Shown: positions 55,602-64,000 of the stretch, one piece after another | Layout of the letters: every line of letters starts with the position of its first letter | Numbering within the stretch: the stretch's first letter is position 1 | Source: an uncultured Bacteroidales bacterium | Lineage (GTDB): Bacteria > Bacteroidota > Bacteroidia > Bacteroidales > BM520 | Direction of reading: 5' to 3' | DNA: 64,000 nt | NCBI GenBank assembly: GCA_964474455.1 | Contig: CAYYSU010000005.1 | Span: 13,390-77,389 of the forward strand | Made by a program: the position numbers and the translations under genes | The notes under the pieces: model-generated | Database searches by the model: none | What the model was told of the DNA's origin: nothing | The model's input: only the letters and a program-made list of their open reading frames with translations

Positions 55602-57077
55602 TTAATAAGATAATGCAAAAACAACGCGCTGTTTGGAAGGATTTCCTGAATAGATACATTTTCCCTCTTCCCTCTCACCATCAAAAGGTATCAGGCGAAT
55701 AGTAGCCTTTGTCTCTTCTTTGATTTTTTGTTCGGTCTCAGCAGTTCCATCCCAATGTGCAAGGATAAAACCTTTTTCATTTTCAAGAATATCTTTGAAT
55801 TCGTCCCATGTGTCAGCTTTTCTTATATTCGCAGCTCTGTAATCAAATGCCTTTTGATAAAGATTTTTCTGGATATCCTCAAGTAGTTGTTCTATATGCT
55901 CTTGAATACCTTCAATTGGTATAATTTTTTTCTCAAGCGTGTCACGGCGGGCTATTTCAATAGTACCATTTTCCATGTCACGTGGACCCATGGCTAGCCT
56001 TACTGGAACACCTTTGAATTCGTATTCATTGAATTTCCATCCCGGCTTATAGGTGTCGCGGTCATCATATTTTACTGATATACCCTTAGCCTTCAGTGCT
56101 TCTATTACAGGTTTTAGTTTTCCTGATATTGCCTCAAGCTGCTCTTCTTTTTTGTATATGGGAATTATGGCAACCTGAATAGGAGCGAGGTTTGGCGGTA
56201 ACACCAAACCGTTATCATCAGAGTGAGTCATGATAAGAGCACCCATAAGACGTGTCGAGACGCCCCATGATGTGGACCATACATAGGTTAGTTTATTCTC
56301 TTTACTCAGATACTGAACGTCGAATGCTTTTGCGAAATTCTGACCCAGGAAGTGTGATGTACCGGCTTGCAGAGCTTTGCCATCCTGCATTAATGCTTCT
56401 ATACAATATGTTTCAAGAGCACCAGCAAATCTTTCGTTAGGTGATTTTACGCCTTTTAATACCGGCATCGCCATAAAGTTTTCCGCAAATTTACCGTAAA
56501 CATTCATCATCTGAATTGTTTCATCTATCGCTTCCTGCTCGGTAGCATGGGCCGTGTGGCCTTCTTGCCATAAAAACTCTGTTGTGCGCAGAAAAATCCT
56601 TGTTCTCATCTCCCAACGAACAACATTAGCCCACTGGTTAACTAATATTGGAAGATCTCGGTACGACTGTATCCAATTCTTGTAGGTGTCCCAGATGATT
56701 GTTTCTGATGTAGGACGAACAATAAGCTCTTCCTCAAGTTTTGCATCCTCATCAACGATAATACCCTTTCCATCAGGGTCGTTTTTCAGTCTGTAATGAG
56801 TAACTACAGCACACTCTTTAGCGAATCCTTCTACATGGCTGGCTTCGCGGCTGAAGAATGATTTGGGTATAAACAGAGGGAAGTATGCATTGCTGTGACC
56901 GGTATCCTTGAACATCTTATCAAGATTAGCCTGCATCTTTTCCCATATTGCATATCCGTATGGTTTGATAACCATACATCCGCGAACTGCCGAATTCTCA
57001 GCCAGATCGGCCTTTACCACTAACTCATTGTACCATTGAGAGTAGTTTTCTTCCCGTGTTGTAAAATTTTTCGCCAT
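55602..57077 (-). CDS. proS: Proline--tRNA ligase (archaeal/eukaryote-like class II type)
   Basis: [16 protein letters not shown]...[42 protein letters not shown]. About 490 aa with a C-terminal ProRS-C domain ending in Tyr. Confidence 0.95.
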   Translation of the reverse strand: MAKNFTTREENYSQWYNELVVKADLAENSAVRGCMVIKPYGYAIWEKMQANLDKMFKDTGHSNAYFPLFIPKSFFSREASHVEGFAKECAVVTHYRLKNDPDGKGIIVDEDAKLEEELIVRPTSETIIWDTYKNWIQSYRDLPILVNQWANVVRWEMRTRIFLRTTEFLWQEGHTAHATEQEAIDETIQMMNVYGKFAENFMAMPVLKGVKSPNERFAGALETYCIEALMQDGKALQAGTSHFLGQNFAKAFDVQYLSKENKLTYVWSTSWGVSTRLMGALIMTHSDDNGLVLPPNLAPIQVAIIPIYKKEEQLEAISGKLKPVIEALKAKGISVKYDDRDTYKPGWKFNEYEFKGVPVRLAMGPRDMENGTIEIARRDTLEKKIIPIEGIQEHIEQLLEDIQKNLYQKAFDYRAANIRKADTWDEFKDILENEKGFILAHWDGTAETEQKIKEETKATIRLIPFDGEREEGKCIYSGNPSKQRVVFALSY

Positions 57078-57181
57078 TTTCTATTTGTGGTATAGTATTT
57101 GTTTCTTTTCGCATGATTTAAACCTTGCAAAAGTAAATAATAATTTGACAATAATCAGTATAGCGATAACATTCAACTCAT

Positions 57182-57187
57182 AGGAGG
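57182..57187 (+). promoter_or_regulatory. Canonical Shine-Dalgarno sequence AGGAGG, 7 nt before the ATG at 57195
   Basis: Read directly: ...CATAGGAGGACATATTATG. None of the roughly dozen other start regions I inspected in this window has a comparable purine-rich SD. Confidence 0.6.
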
Positions 57188-57194
57188 ACATATT

Positions 57195-58985
57195 ATGAAA
57201 AATCTGGCACTTATCTTGACACTCATCTCAGCTCTGGCGTTAACAGGCTGCTCTACAGGCTCCTACACAACTGCCGGATATTATGACGACATCTACTATT
57301 CCGGTCCTAAAGAAACTGTTACTACTAATGATTACATATCAGAGTATCAGTACCCTTCAACGGAAGAACCAGCTGAATATATCCCCCAAACAGAAGAAGG
57401 AATTTCCCCCGCTCCCGCATATTCTTCAACAGAAACAATGACTGATGATGGTAATACCTACATCACCAACAATAATTATTATGGAGATGGCTATGAATAT
57501 GATGATTATTACGATTATGAATACTCTTCACGTATCCGTCGTTTCCATAAATCTTATCATTTTAATAGTTATTATAATGATTATTATACCAATATGTATT
57601 ATTATAACTATGATCCTTTCTATTGGGGAACAAGCATTTATTACGGCTATCCTTACAGCGGCTTTTCAATAAGTTACGGCTATCCTTATTACAGCTATTA
57701 TCGTCCATATCGATACAGTTACTACGGCTATGGTTGGTATAACCCATTCTATTACAGACCATATTACTCATCCTATTCACATGGTTATCATAATGGTTTC
57801 TGGGATGGTTACTGGTATGGATACAATGATGGTCATTATTACAACAATCATAATTCCTGGAATGATCCTTACCAATCATCAAATAATTATTATGGACAGC
57901 GTCGTGGCCGTGGTGGTAGCGATGGAACAGTAAGCAACCCCGCAGGTGTTGGCTCCAGCTCATCAAGAGTTAATGCAGCCACAGGTGGTACTTCAGGTAT
58001 CAGCTCTTCCGCTGAAGGAAAGGTTACTCCTACACCAACAGTATCAGGTCGTGTATCTGCTGCTACCGGTAACGGTCAGACCTCTGCAGACACTCCTTCT
58101 GTGCGTGCAAATAATGGAACAACTTATACTCCCGGAACTACTCCTCGCAGTGGTGCGGAACGTAATAATGGTGTAAATGCTGTCAACACAATTCCAGGAC
58201 GTAGCGGTATTAACAGTGGTACATCATCAACAGGAAGTGTATCCCGTGATAATAATACAACACGTATCACTCCCGGTGCATCAGGAACATCAGTAAAAGA
58301 AACCAATACTCCTCGTACAGGTGCTGTCAATGTTAATACTAACAAACCTTCAGCAACAAATACGAACCGTATAAAACCGGCATCGAATTATACTCGTCCA
58401 CAGACTACAACTCGCACCCAGGTGAATCCAGGAAATGCTGCTCGCACAAATCCAGCTGCTAATCAGCGTTATAGCAAACCCAGCAGTTATGAAAACCGCG
58501 GTTCAGCAACGCCAAAGTCATACGAATCTCCTACATATAACAGACCCAAGTCGAGCAACGATTATTCAAGGCCTAACACACGTACTACAACTCCATCAAG
58601 TCAAAATAGAAATAGTACAGCTAGTCCTTCAAGTAGCTCTAACACTTCACGCTCGAACAAGACTTACAGTACGCCTTCAAGGAGTAACAATAACACACGT
58701 ACCTACAGCTCGCCAGCACGCAGTAATAGAAGCAGTAATCGTACCTACAGCACACCTTCACGAAGTAACAACTCGTCAACGAGAAGCAGTAATGTAAGGT
58801 CTTCTACTCCTAGTCGTCCTTCTTCGAGCTCAAGCAGAAGCATCAGCTCACCATCAAGTAGTAGCAGCCGCAGCTTTAGTTCTCCTTCCAGTAGTAGCTC
58901 TTCTTCACGAAGCAGCTCCACTACCAGAAGTAGTAGCTCCAGCTCCAGAAGTTCTTCATCACGTTCTTCAGGTGGTAGAAAATAA
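57195..58985 (+). CDS. Low-complexity lipoprotein: Tyr/Gly/Asn-rich domain plus long Ser/Thr/Asn/Arg-rich tail
   Basis: Lipobox ALALTGC. Residues 92-241 contain 48 Tyr by hand count. The remaining 350 aa or so have almost no hydrophobic residues and end in ...SSSSRSSSSRSSGGRK. The reading frame stays open for 596 codons despite the low complexity. Confidence 0.7.
   Translation: MKNLALILTLISALALTGCSTGSYTTAGYYDDIYYSGPKETVTTNDYISEYQYPSTEEPAEYIPQTEEGISPAPAYSSTETMTDDGNTYITNNNYYGDGYEYDDYYDYEYSSRIRRFHKSYHFNSYYNDYYTNMYYYNYDPFYWGTSIYYGYPYSGFSISYGYPYYSYYRPYRYSYYGYGWYNPFYYRPYYSSYSHGYHNGFWDGYWYGYNDGHYYNNHNSWNDPYQSSNNYYGQRRGRGGSDGTVSNPAGVGSSSSRVNAATGGTSGISSSAEGKVTPTPTVSGRVSAATGNGQTSADTPSVRANNGTTYTPGTTPRSGAERNNGVNAVNTIPGRSGINSGTSSTGSVSRDNNTTRITPGASGTSVKETNTPRTGAVNVNTNKPSATNTNRIKPASNYTRPQTTTRTQVNPGNAARTNPAANQRYSKPSSYENRGSATPKSYESPTYNRPKSSNDYSRPNTRTTTPSSQNRNSTASPSSSSNTSRSNKTYSTPSRSNNNTRTYSSPARSNRSSNRTYSTPSRSNNSSTRSSNVRSSTPSRPSSSSSRSISSPSSSSSRSFSSPSSSSSSSRSSSTTRSSSSSSRSSSSRSSGGRK
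58650..58790 (+). repeat. Imperfect tandem coding repeats (unit approx. R-T-Y-S-[TS]-P-[SA]-R-S-N-x-x-x-x)
   Basis: KTYSTPSRSNNN / RTYSSPARSNRSSN / RTYSTPSRSNNSS. At DNA level CGTACCTACAGC recurs. Confidence 0.5.
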
Positions 58986-59023
58986 GATTTTGATTAACAG
59001 AATTTAAACTCAATTATATTATC

Positions 59024-60487
59024 ATGAAAAAGCTGTTTTTATTAACCGCAATACTCTTGGCATTTGGGATGTTAGTGCAAGCACAGACTGCCGAAGACGC
59101 TCTCAGATACTCAAATCTTACTTTCGGTGGTACAGCCAGAAGTGTTTCCATGGGTGGAGCCTTTGGTGCCCTTGGTGCTGACTTCTCAACCCTTTCAACC
59201 AACCCGGCAGGTATTGGCGTATATAAGAAATCTATTATGAGCGTTACTCCTTCGGTTTATGCCGGAGAGACTACCTCCAGTTATCAAGGAGTGGAATCGT
59301 ACGATAATAAGTACAATTTTAACTTGGGCAATGCCGGGTTCGTAATTGTTGGTAATACCAGAGAGAGATCTGTATTTAAAAACTTCCAGTTTGGATTCGG
59401 TGTGAATAGAACTAATAACTTCAATAACCGCTTGATGGTGGAAGGTTTCAACACCGGAAATTCTATCCGCACCATGTGGACAGATTATGCAAACTCTGAA
59501 GGGTCGCTTAATCCATTTGATACTGAAATAGCATTTAACAGTGGCGCAATATTCTATGACACCATAACAGAGCAATATCTAAATGATGTTACGCGTAACG
59601 GCCTGGAAGAGGGTTATGTTCATCAGCGGAAAAACGTTGTTACAAAAGGCTCCATGAATGAACTTGTATTCTCAGGAGGAACAAATATTAACGATGTATT
59701 ATACCTTGGGGCAACAATAGGGCTACCTTATCTAAACTATACATACCATTCCATATTTATTGAAAGCGACGCCCGCGACAGTATTCCATATTTTTCTTCC
59801 CTGAAGTACACTGAACGTTTATCTACTTCCGGTTCCGGTTTTAACTTTAAGTTAGGTTTTATCCTTAAACCTGTGTACTGGCTCCGTATTGGTGGTGCTG
59901 TTCATACCCCTACATTCTTCAATGATATGTATGATGAGTGGTCTTCTGAAATTGAAACACGATTTGATAATAATCAGAACGAAGTAAGTGATGGTAATGC
60001 TTCTTCTCCTGATGGATATTTTAACTACGCATTGGAAACTCCAATGAAACTTCTTGGTAGTGTGGCCGTTGTGGTAGGGAAAGTGGGAATTATAAGTGCG
60101 GAATATGAATATTCTGATTACTCAAAGGCTAAATTCCGTAGTGATGAAGATGATTTCTATAATGTGAATAATACAATTACCAACAGTTATAGCCAAGGCC
60201 ATAACCTGAAATTCGGTACCGAGTGGATGGTTGCTCCAATGTTGAAAGTTAGAGGTGGTTATACTTTATACAGCTCTCCATATAAAGATGCTGTTAATGA
60301 GGGTGGTGTACGGCAGTCAGTATCATTTGGTGGCGGTATCCGCGATAAGAATTTCTTCGTTGACCTTGGCTTCGTGCATAGTTTTGCTGATCAGGATTAT
60401 TACATGTACAGCAGTGAGTATATGTTACCTGCTCAAAACACATATATCTCCAATCAGGTTTTAATGACATTAGGATTTCGTTTCTAG
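59024..60487 (+). CDS. FadL/OMPP1/TodX-like outer-membrane beta-barrel protein
   Basis: Signal peptide (LVQAQT). N-terminal AEDALRYSNLTFGGTARSVSMGGAFGALGADFSTLSTNPAGIG resembles the hatch region of FadL-family proteins. C-terminal ...LGFRF ends in Phe. Confidence 0.6.
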   Translation: MKKLFLLTAILLAFGMLVQAQTAEDALRYSNLTFGGTARSVSMGGAFGALGADFSTLSTNPAGIGVYKKSIMSVTPSVYAGETTSSYQGVESYDNKYNFNLGNAGFVIVGNTRERSVFKNFQFGFGVNRTNNFNNRLMVEGFNTGNSIRTMWTDYANSEGSLNPFDTEIAFNSGAIFYDTITEQYLNDVTRNGLEEGYVHQRKNVVTKGSMNELVFSGGTNINDVLYLGATIGLPYLNYTYHSIFIESDARDSIPYFSSLKYTERLSTSGSGFNFKLGFILKPVYWLRIGGAVHTPTFFNDMYDEWSSEIETRFDNNQNEVSDGNASSPDGYFNYALETPMKLLGSVAVVVGKVGIISAEYEYSDYSKAKFRSDEDDFYNVNNTITNSYSQGHNLKFGTEWMVAPMLKVRGGYTLYSSPYKDAVNEGGVRQSVSFGGGIRDKNFFVDLGFVHSFADQDYYMYSSEYMLPAQNTYISNQVLMTLGFRF

Positions 60488-60504
60488 TGTAACTATTAAA
60501 AACG

Positions 60505-60545
60505 AAAAAACGCCGGAATGATTATTCATTGCCGGCGTTTTTTGT
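60505..60545. terminator. Bidirectional Rho-independent terminator
   Basis: AACGCCGGAATGA...TCATTGCCGGCGTT long stem, flanked by A6 on the left and T6 on the right. Serves both convergent genes. Confidence 0.8.
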
Positions 60546-60559
60546 TTGTATCTGTTCAG

Positions 60560-61393
60560 TTAATCACTAACAATTTTATCTACAGATTCTGCAATATCAT
60601 CATCAATAAGTATACGTCCACAATATTCGCAAACTATAATTTTCTTATGGATACGGATATCTAGTTGGCGTTGAGGTGGAATTTTGTTGAAGCAACCACC
60701 ACATGCATCACGTTCTACTTTAACAACAGCAAGTCCGTTACGGGCATTCTTGCGTATTCTTTTATATGCCAACAGGAGACGATCTTCGATGAATTTTTGT
60801 TGTTCGACAGATGTCTTTTCGAGAAACTGTTCTTCTTTTTTAGTTTCTGCCACTATCGTGTCGAGTTCACTTTTTTTCACCTCGAGGTCTTTTTGCAGTT
60901 CTATGAGTATACCTTTAGCCTTTTCAACCTCTTCATCTTTGAGCTTGATGGCGACAGTATATTCCTTAATTCTTTTCTCCGAGAGCTCAATTTCGAGCGC
61001 CTGAAATTCTATTTCCTTCGACAGAGAGTCGTATTCACGGTTGTTACGCACATTCATCTGCTGCTCTTCATATTTTTTAATCATAGTTTGAGCTTCGCTG
61101 ATGGTGTTTTTCTTTTCTGTGATTTGATCTTTCAGGCTGTTATTTTCGTCATTATAGTTTGAGATACGAGTCTCAAGACCGATAATTTCGTCTTCCAGAT
61201 CCTGAACTTCAAGTGGTAATTCACCGCGAACTATTCTAATTCTATCGATTTTAGAATCGATTTTTTGAAGGCTATACAGGGCAATGAGTTTCTGCTCAAT
61301 GGTTACTTCTGCTTCATTGATTTTTGCTTTCGCAGGAGCTGTATTCTGTTGTTCTACACTTTCCGGTGCCTTCTGTTCATTTTTTTTTGCCAT
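60560..61393 (-). CDS. Coiled-coil protein with C-terminal C4 zinc ribbon (COG1579/zf-RING_7 type)
   Basis: Long Glu/Lys coiled-coil. C-terminal CGGCFNKIPPQ...VCEYCGRIL. Classical partner of the Nif3-like gene immediately upstream. Confidence 0.78.
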   Translation of the reverse strand: MAKKNEQKAPESVEQQNTAPAKAKINEAEVTIEQKLIALYSLQKIDSKIDRIRIVRGELPLEVQDLEDEIIGLETRISNYNDENNSLKDQITEKKNTISEAQTMIKKYEEQQMNVRNNREYDSLSKEIEFQALEIELSEKRIKEYTVAIKLKDEEVEKAKGILIELQKDLEVKKSELDTIVAETKKEEQFLEKTSVEQQKFIEDRLLLAYKRIRKNARNGLAVVKVERDACGGCFNKIPPQRQLDIRIHKKIIVCEYCGRILIDDDIAESVDKIVSD

Positions 61394-61417
61394 GTCAGAA
61401 TGTGTTATATATCTGTT

Positions 61418-62512
61418 TTACAAGTACTTAATGGGATTCGTATTTATTTTTGAAATAGAGAGTGCAAAGGTAGGAATTTTTTCTTTAAGAACCTCAAACA
61501 GAAGTTCTTTAGTATACTGTTCACTTTCATAATGTCCTATGTCGGCTACTATCATTTGTTTTTTTGCGTTGAAGTATTCGTGGTATTTAATGTCTCCGGT
61601 AAGGAATATATCAGCATTTGCTCTACGTGCGTTTCTCATTAAGAAGGATCCGGCACCACCGCACAGGGCAACTTTTTTCACCTTTCTTTTAATATCTCCA
61701 GTGTATTTTATGCACGGTAAACTAAGTTTTTCTTTAATCGTATTAAAGAATTCTTCAACTTGGGTTTCTTTTTCTAGTTCTCCGATCATCCCTGATCCTA
61801 CTCCGGGATGCCTGTTTTCCAACGAGAATAAATCATATGCAACCTCTTGGTAAGGGTGCGCTAAAACAAGTGCTCGAACTATTTTTTTTGTGAGGTGTGA
61901 AGGGAACAATGTTTCGATACGAATCTCTTTTTCAGTGTGAAGACGCCCCGGCTCTCCGATGTATGGGGTTGTGTTTTTCCCAGCTCTGAAAGTACCTTCT
62001 CCTACACTGTTAAACGAGCAATTGTCGTAATTGCCAATATTCCCCGCCCCGGCATTGAACAGTGCTACACGAATAACCTCTGCTTGTGCTTCGGGGACAA
62101 ATGTCACCAGTTTGGTGAGTTCGCCATTACCGGGAGCAAGTATTTCAACATTTAATATACCCAGGACATCACATAATTTGCTGTTTACTCCACCCATAAC
62201 ATTATCCAGATTGGTATGAATAGCATAAATGGTAATGTCATTTTTTATTGCTTTGATAAGTGGGTCAGAGACTGCATTGCCCGGTATAATTTTTTTTAAC
62301 CCGTGGAAGATTAATGGGTGGTGTGCAATGATGAGATTTGCATTGATTTCTATAGCTTCATCAACGATAGCATCAGTAACATCAAGTGTCATCAGAGCAC
62401 CAGTGCATTCTGCATTGTATGTTCCTGTGATAATGCCTGCATTATCATACTCTTCCTGGTATGCCAGAGGTGCCACACTCTCCAATATTTTAAATATATC
62501 TGCGTGTTTCAT
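61418..62512 (-). CDS. Nif3-like dinuclear metal center protein (YbgI/GTP cyclohydrolase 1 type 2 family) with PII-like insert
   Basis: LIIAHHPLIF, YAIHTNLD, ...TGDIKYHE motifs. 364 aa. Confidence 0.85.
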   Translation of the reverse strand: MKHADIFKILESVAPLAYQEEYDNAGIITGTYNAECTGALMTLDVTDAIVDEAIEINANLIIAHHPLIFHGLKKIIPGNAVSDPLIKAIKNDITIYAIHTNLDNVMGGVNSKLCDVLGILNVEILAPGNGELTKLVTFVPEAQAEVIRVALFNAGAGNIGNYDNCSFNSVGEGTFRAGKNTTPYIGEPGRLHTEKEIRIETLFPSHLTKKIVRALVLAHPYQEVAYDLFSLENRHPGVGSGMIGELEKETQVEEFFNTIKEKLSLPCIKYTGDIKRKVKKVALCGGAGSFLMRNARRANADIFLTGDIKYHEYFNAKKQMIVADIGHYESEQYTKELLFEVLKEKIPTFALSISKINTNPIKYL

Positions 62513-62718
62513 TATGTTGTTTTTAGCAAAAATAATGATGTTTATGTTAACAGTAGTGAAAGATATCCATTTTTATGAGTAATATGGACTGAAGATGACG
62601 AATAATAATGATGATATTGCTCTGTTGCAATGCATTTAATATGTTTACAAATGTAGTTTTGTATAATATATATGGAGTGTTTTCATCACCAGCTCTGTCT
62701 GTGTTTCAAAAAAAACAT

Positions 62719-62726
62719 TATATTTG
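62719..62726 (+). promoter_or_regulatory. Candidate -7 promoter box (TATATTTG) upstream of lpxK
   Basis: Exact TAnnTTTG match 77 nt upstream of the ATG at 62803. Confidence 0.35.
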
Positions 62727-62802
62727 TGAAAATGAAAGGTTGAGGATTAATCTTTTTGCTATTGGGTGAATTACTTTTATAAGGAATAATAATAACTAAC
62801 CG

Positions 62803-63861
62803 ATGGGAACATTGCTACGTGTACTTGCATTTCCTTTGGCTTTGTGTTACGGATTAGCAGTTCGTATACGCAACAGATGTTTTGATTTGGGTTTTTTTTG
62901 TAAATCCATAAGCTATCCTATCCCTGTTATTTCTATTGGTAATCTTTCTGCAGGAGGCACTGGTAAAACACCTCATATTGAATATCTTATCCGTTTTTTA
63001 AAAAATGATTATAGCGTTGCTACTCTGAGTCGTGGTTACGGTCGTACAACACGCGGATACCGACTTGCCGGCGAGGGTGATAATTCGGCTACCATCGGCG
63101 ATGAGCCCATGCAATATCTCTATAAGTTTAAAAATCTTTTGGTTTCCGTATCAGAATCACGCCGTAAAGGTATAGAGAAACTTATGACTCTACCACATCG
63201 CCCTGATGTTATTCTTATGGACGACGGTTACCAGCATCGTTGGGTGAAGCCTGGATTGTCAATCCTTTTGACAGATTTTCATAAATTGTATATTGAGGAT
63301 CATCTGTTGCCTACGGGAACATTGCGGGAGCATGCTGCAGGAGCTGGCAGAGCTGATATTATCATAGTAACGAAATCCGGTAAAGTGCTCTCCCCGATTA
63401 CACGCCGCAATATCACCGAAAAATTGCTTCTGAAGCCACACCAAAAACTCTTTTTCTCACACATTACATATGAAGAATTATCTCCACTTCCGGGAATCGA
63501 TTGTCCTCCTCCGGCAGAATTCTACTCTTCATTGTTGGTGTTTTCCGGAATAGTGAATACTTATCCTTTTAAATTTTATCTAAAAAGATATTGTAGAGAG
63601 ATGGAATCTGTTGACTTCCCTGATCACTACAGTTATAAACAAAAGGATATCCAAAAAATTAAGGCGCAGTTTGAAGATATATTTACCAAGAGAAAGGCTC
63701 TTGTTACAACAGAAAAGGATGCCATGCGCCTGCAGCATCCTTCAATACTCTCACTTTTAAAAGGTATGCCCGTATATTATTTACCTATTAGAGTAGCTTT
63801 TCATAATAGTGACGGGGAGAAATTTAATAAAGAGGTAGAGGATTGTATTTCCCGATATTAG
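62803..63861 (+). CDS. lpxK: Tetraacyldisaccharide 4'-kinase
   Basis: P-loop SIGNLSAGGTGKTP, SRGYGR, ILMDDGYQH. Confidence 0.9.
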   Translation: MGTLLRVLAFPLALCYGLAVRIRNRCFDLGFFCKSISYPIPVISIGNLSAGGTGKTPHIEYLIRFLKNDYSVATLSRGYGRTTRGYRLAGEGDNSATIGDEPMQYLYKFKNLLVSVSESRRKGIEKLMTLPHRPDVILMDDGYQHRWVKPGLSILLTDFHKLYIEDHLLPTGTLREHAAGAGRADIIIVTKSGKVLSPITRRNITEKLLLKPHQKLFFSHITYEELSPLPGIDCPPPAEFYSSLLVFSGIVNTYPFKFYLKRYCREMESVDFPDHYSYKQKDIQKIKAQFEDIFTKRKALVTTEKDAMRLQHPSILSLLKGMPVYYLPIRVAFHNSDGEKFNKEVEDCISRY

Positions 63862-63893
63862 TTTTGCCGGAGGGTCGCCCCGGAAACATAAAA

Positions 63894-64000
63894 CTATTGA
63901 TAATCTTCGTACACCAAAGCTTTTACTTTCCATTTTTTGCCATCTGTTTTTATTGTTTTCACCGTAAACAGTTTGCTAAAAAAAGATGAAGCGAATAGCC
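63894..64000 (-). CDS. 3' end of an unidentified minus-strand CDS that runs off the window
   Basis: My own translation of the reverse strand gives an open frame ...LFASSFFSKLFTVKTIKTDGKKWKVKALVYEDYQ* with its stop codon at 63894..63896. Too short to assign. Confidence 0.3.
   Translation of the reverse strand, partial: LFASSFFSKLFTVKTIKTDGKKWKVKALVYEDYQ

Noticed and set aside
57445-58797. Several 67-134-aa alternate-frame and antisense ORFs inside the Tyr/Ser-rich gene
   Set aside because: They are artefacts of low-complexity, repeat-like DNA. Only the 596-codon frame has a lipoprotein signal, an SD and a start codon in sensible positions.
63862-63893. Small GC-rich hairpin (CCGG-A-GG GTCG CC-CCGG) after lpxK as a terminator
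   Set aside because: The stem is only 6 bp with a bulge, and neither side has a U-tract. This is too weak to call.
1-64000. Scan for tRNA, rRNA, CRISPR arrays, transposases, integrases, phage or defence-island genes
   Set aside because: None was found. Every ORF over 200 aa other than the ones flagged has a housekeeping or envelope family signature. Intergenic regions are short and contain no direct-repeat/spacer periodicity or cloverleaf-like GC-rich segments that I could see by eye. A tRNAscan/Infernal run would be needed for certainty.

Overview
This window looks like tightly packed core chromosome from a member of the phylum Bacteroidota. Supporting evidence: gldF/gldG gliding genes, the nadK / beta-barrel / uppS / bamA / ompH / ompH synteny, CarboxypepD_reg-type TonB receptors, TAnnTTTG promoter boxes, and almost no Shine-Dalgarno sequences. 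I can support about 56 protein-coding genes, most of them housekeeping: ruvB, queG, queA, malQ, purC, phoH, cinA, rpmB, bamA, uppS, nadK, tatC, pssA, proS, lpxK, mazG, a peroxiredoxin and others. I found no rRNA, tRNA, CRISPR array, transposase, integrase or phage genes, so nothing resembles a mobile or accessory island. Five things deserve a second look. (1) Two divergent paralogs of about 1000 aa (12717..15752 and 32295..35270) share the architecture pseudo-receiver + intact receiver + PEP/pyruvate-binding ATP-grasp + conserved unassigned C-terminal domain, with no canonical swivel phospho-His domain. One sits directly upstream of a CBM20-GH77 4-alpha-glucanotransferase. The other is coupled to a PNPOx-like flavoprotein and starts 29 nt after the terminator of the bamA-ompH operon. 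(2) A lipoprotein of extreme composition (48 Tyr in 150 residues, then a Ser/Thr/Asn/Arg tail about 350 aa long) is preceded by a canonical AGGAGG Shine-Dalgarno and followed by a FadL-like beta-barrel gene. (3) gldF-gldG-DUF4340 form one operon with an O-antigen-ligase-like membrane protein. (4) An adaptor / MacB-type permease / TolC operon has no ATPase gene. (5) Perfect palindromes lie upstream of the peroxiredoxin gene. All functional calls come from motifs read by eye in the supplied translations. No database search was run.
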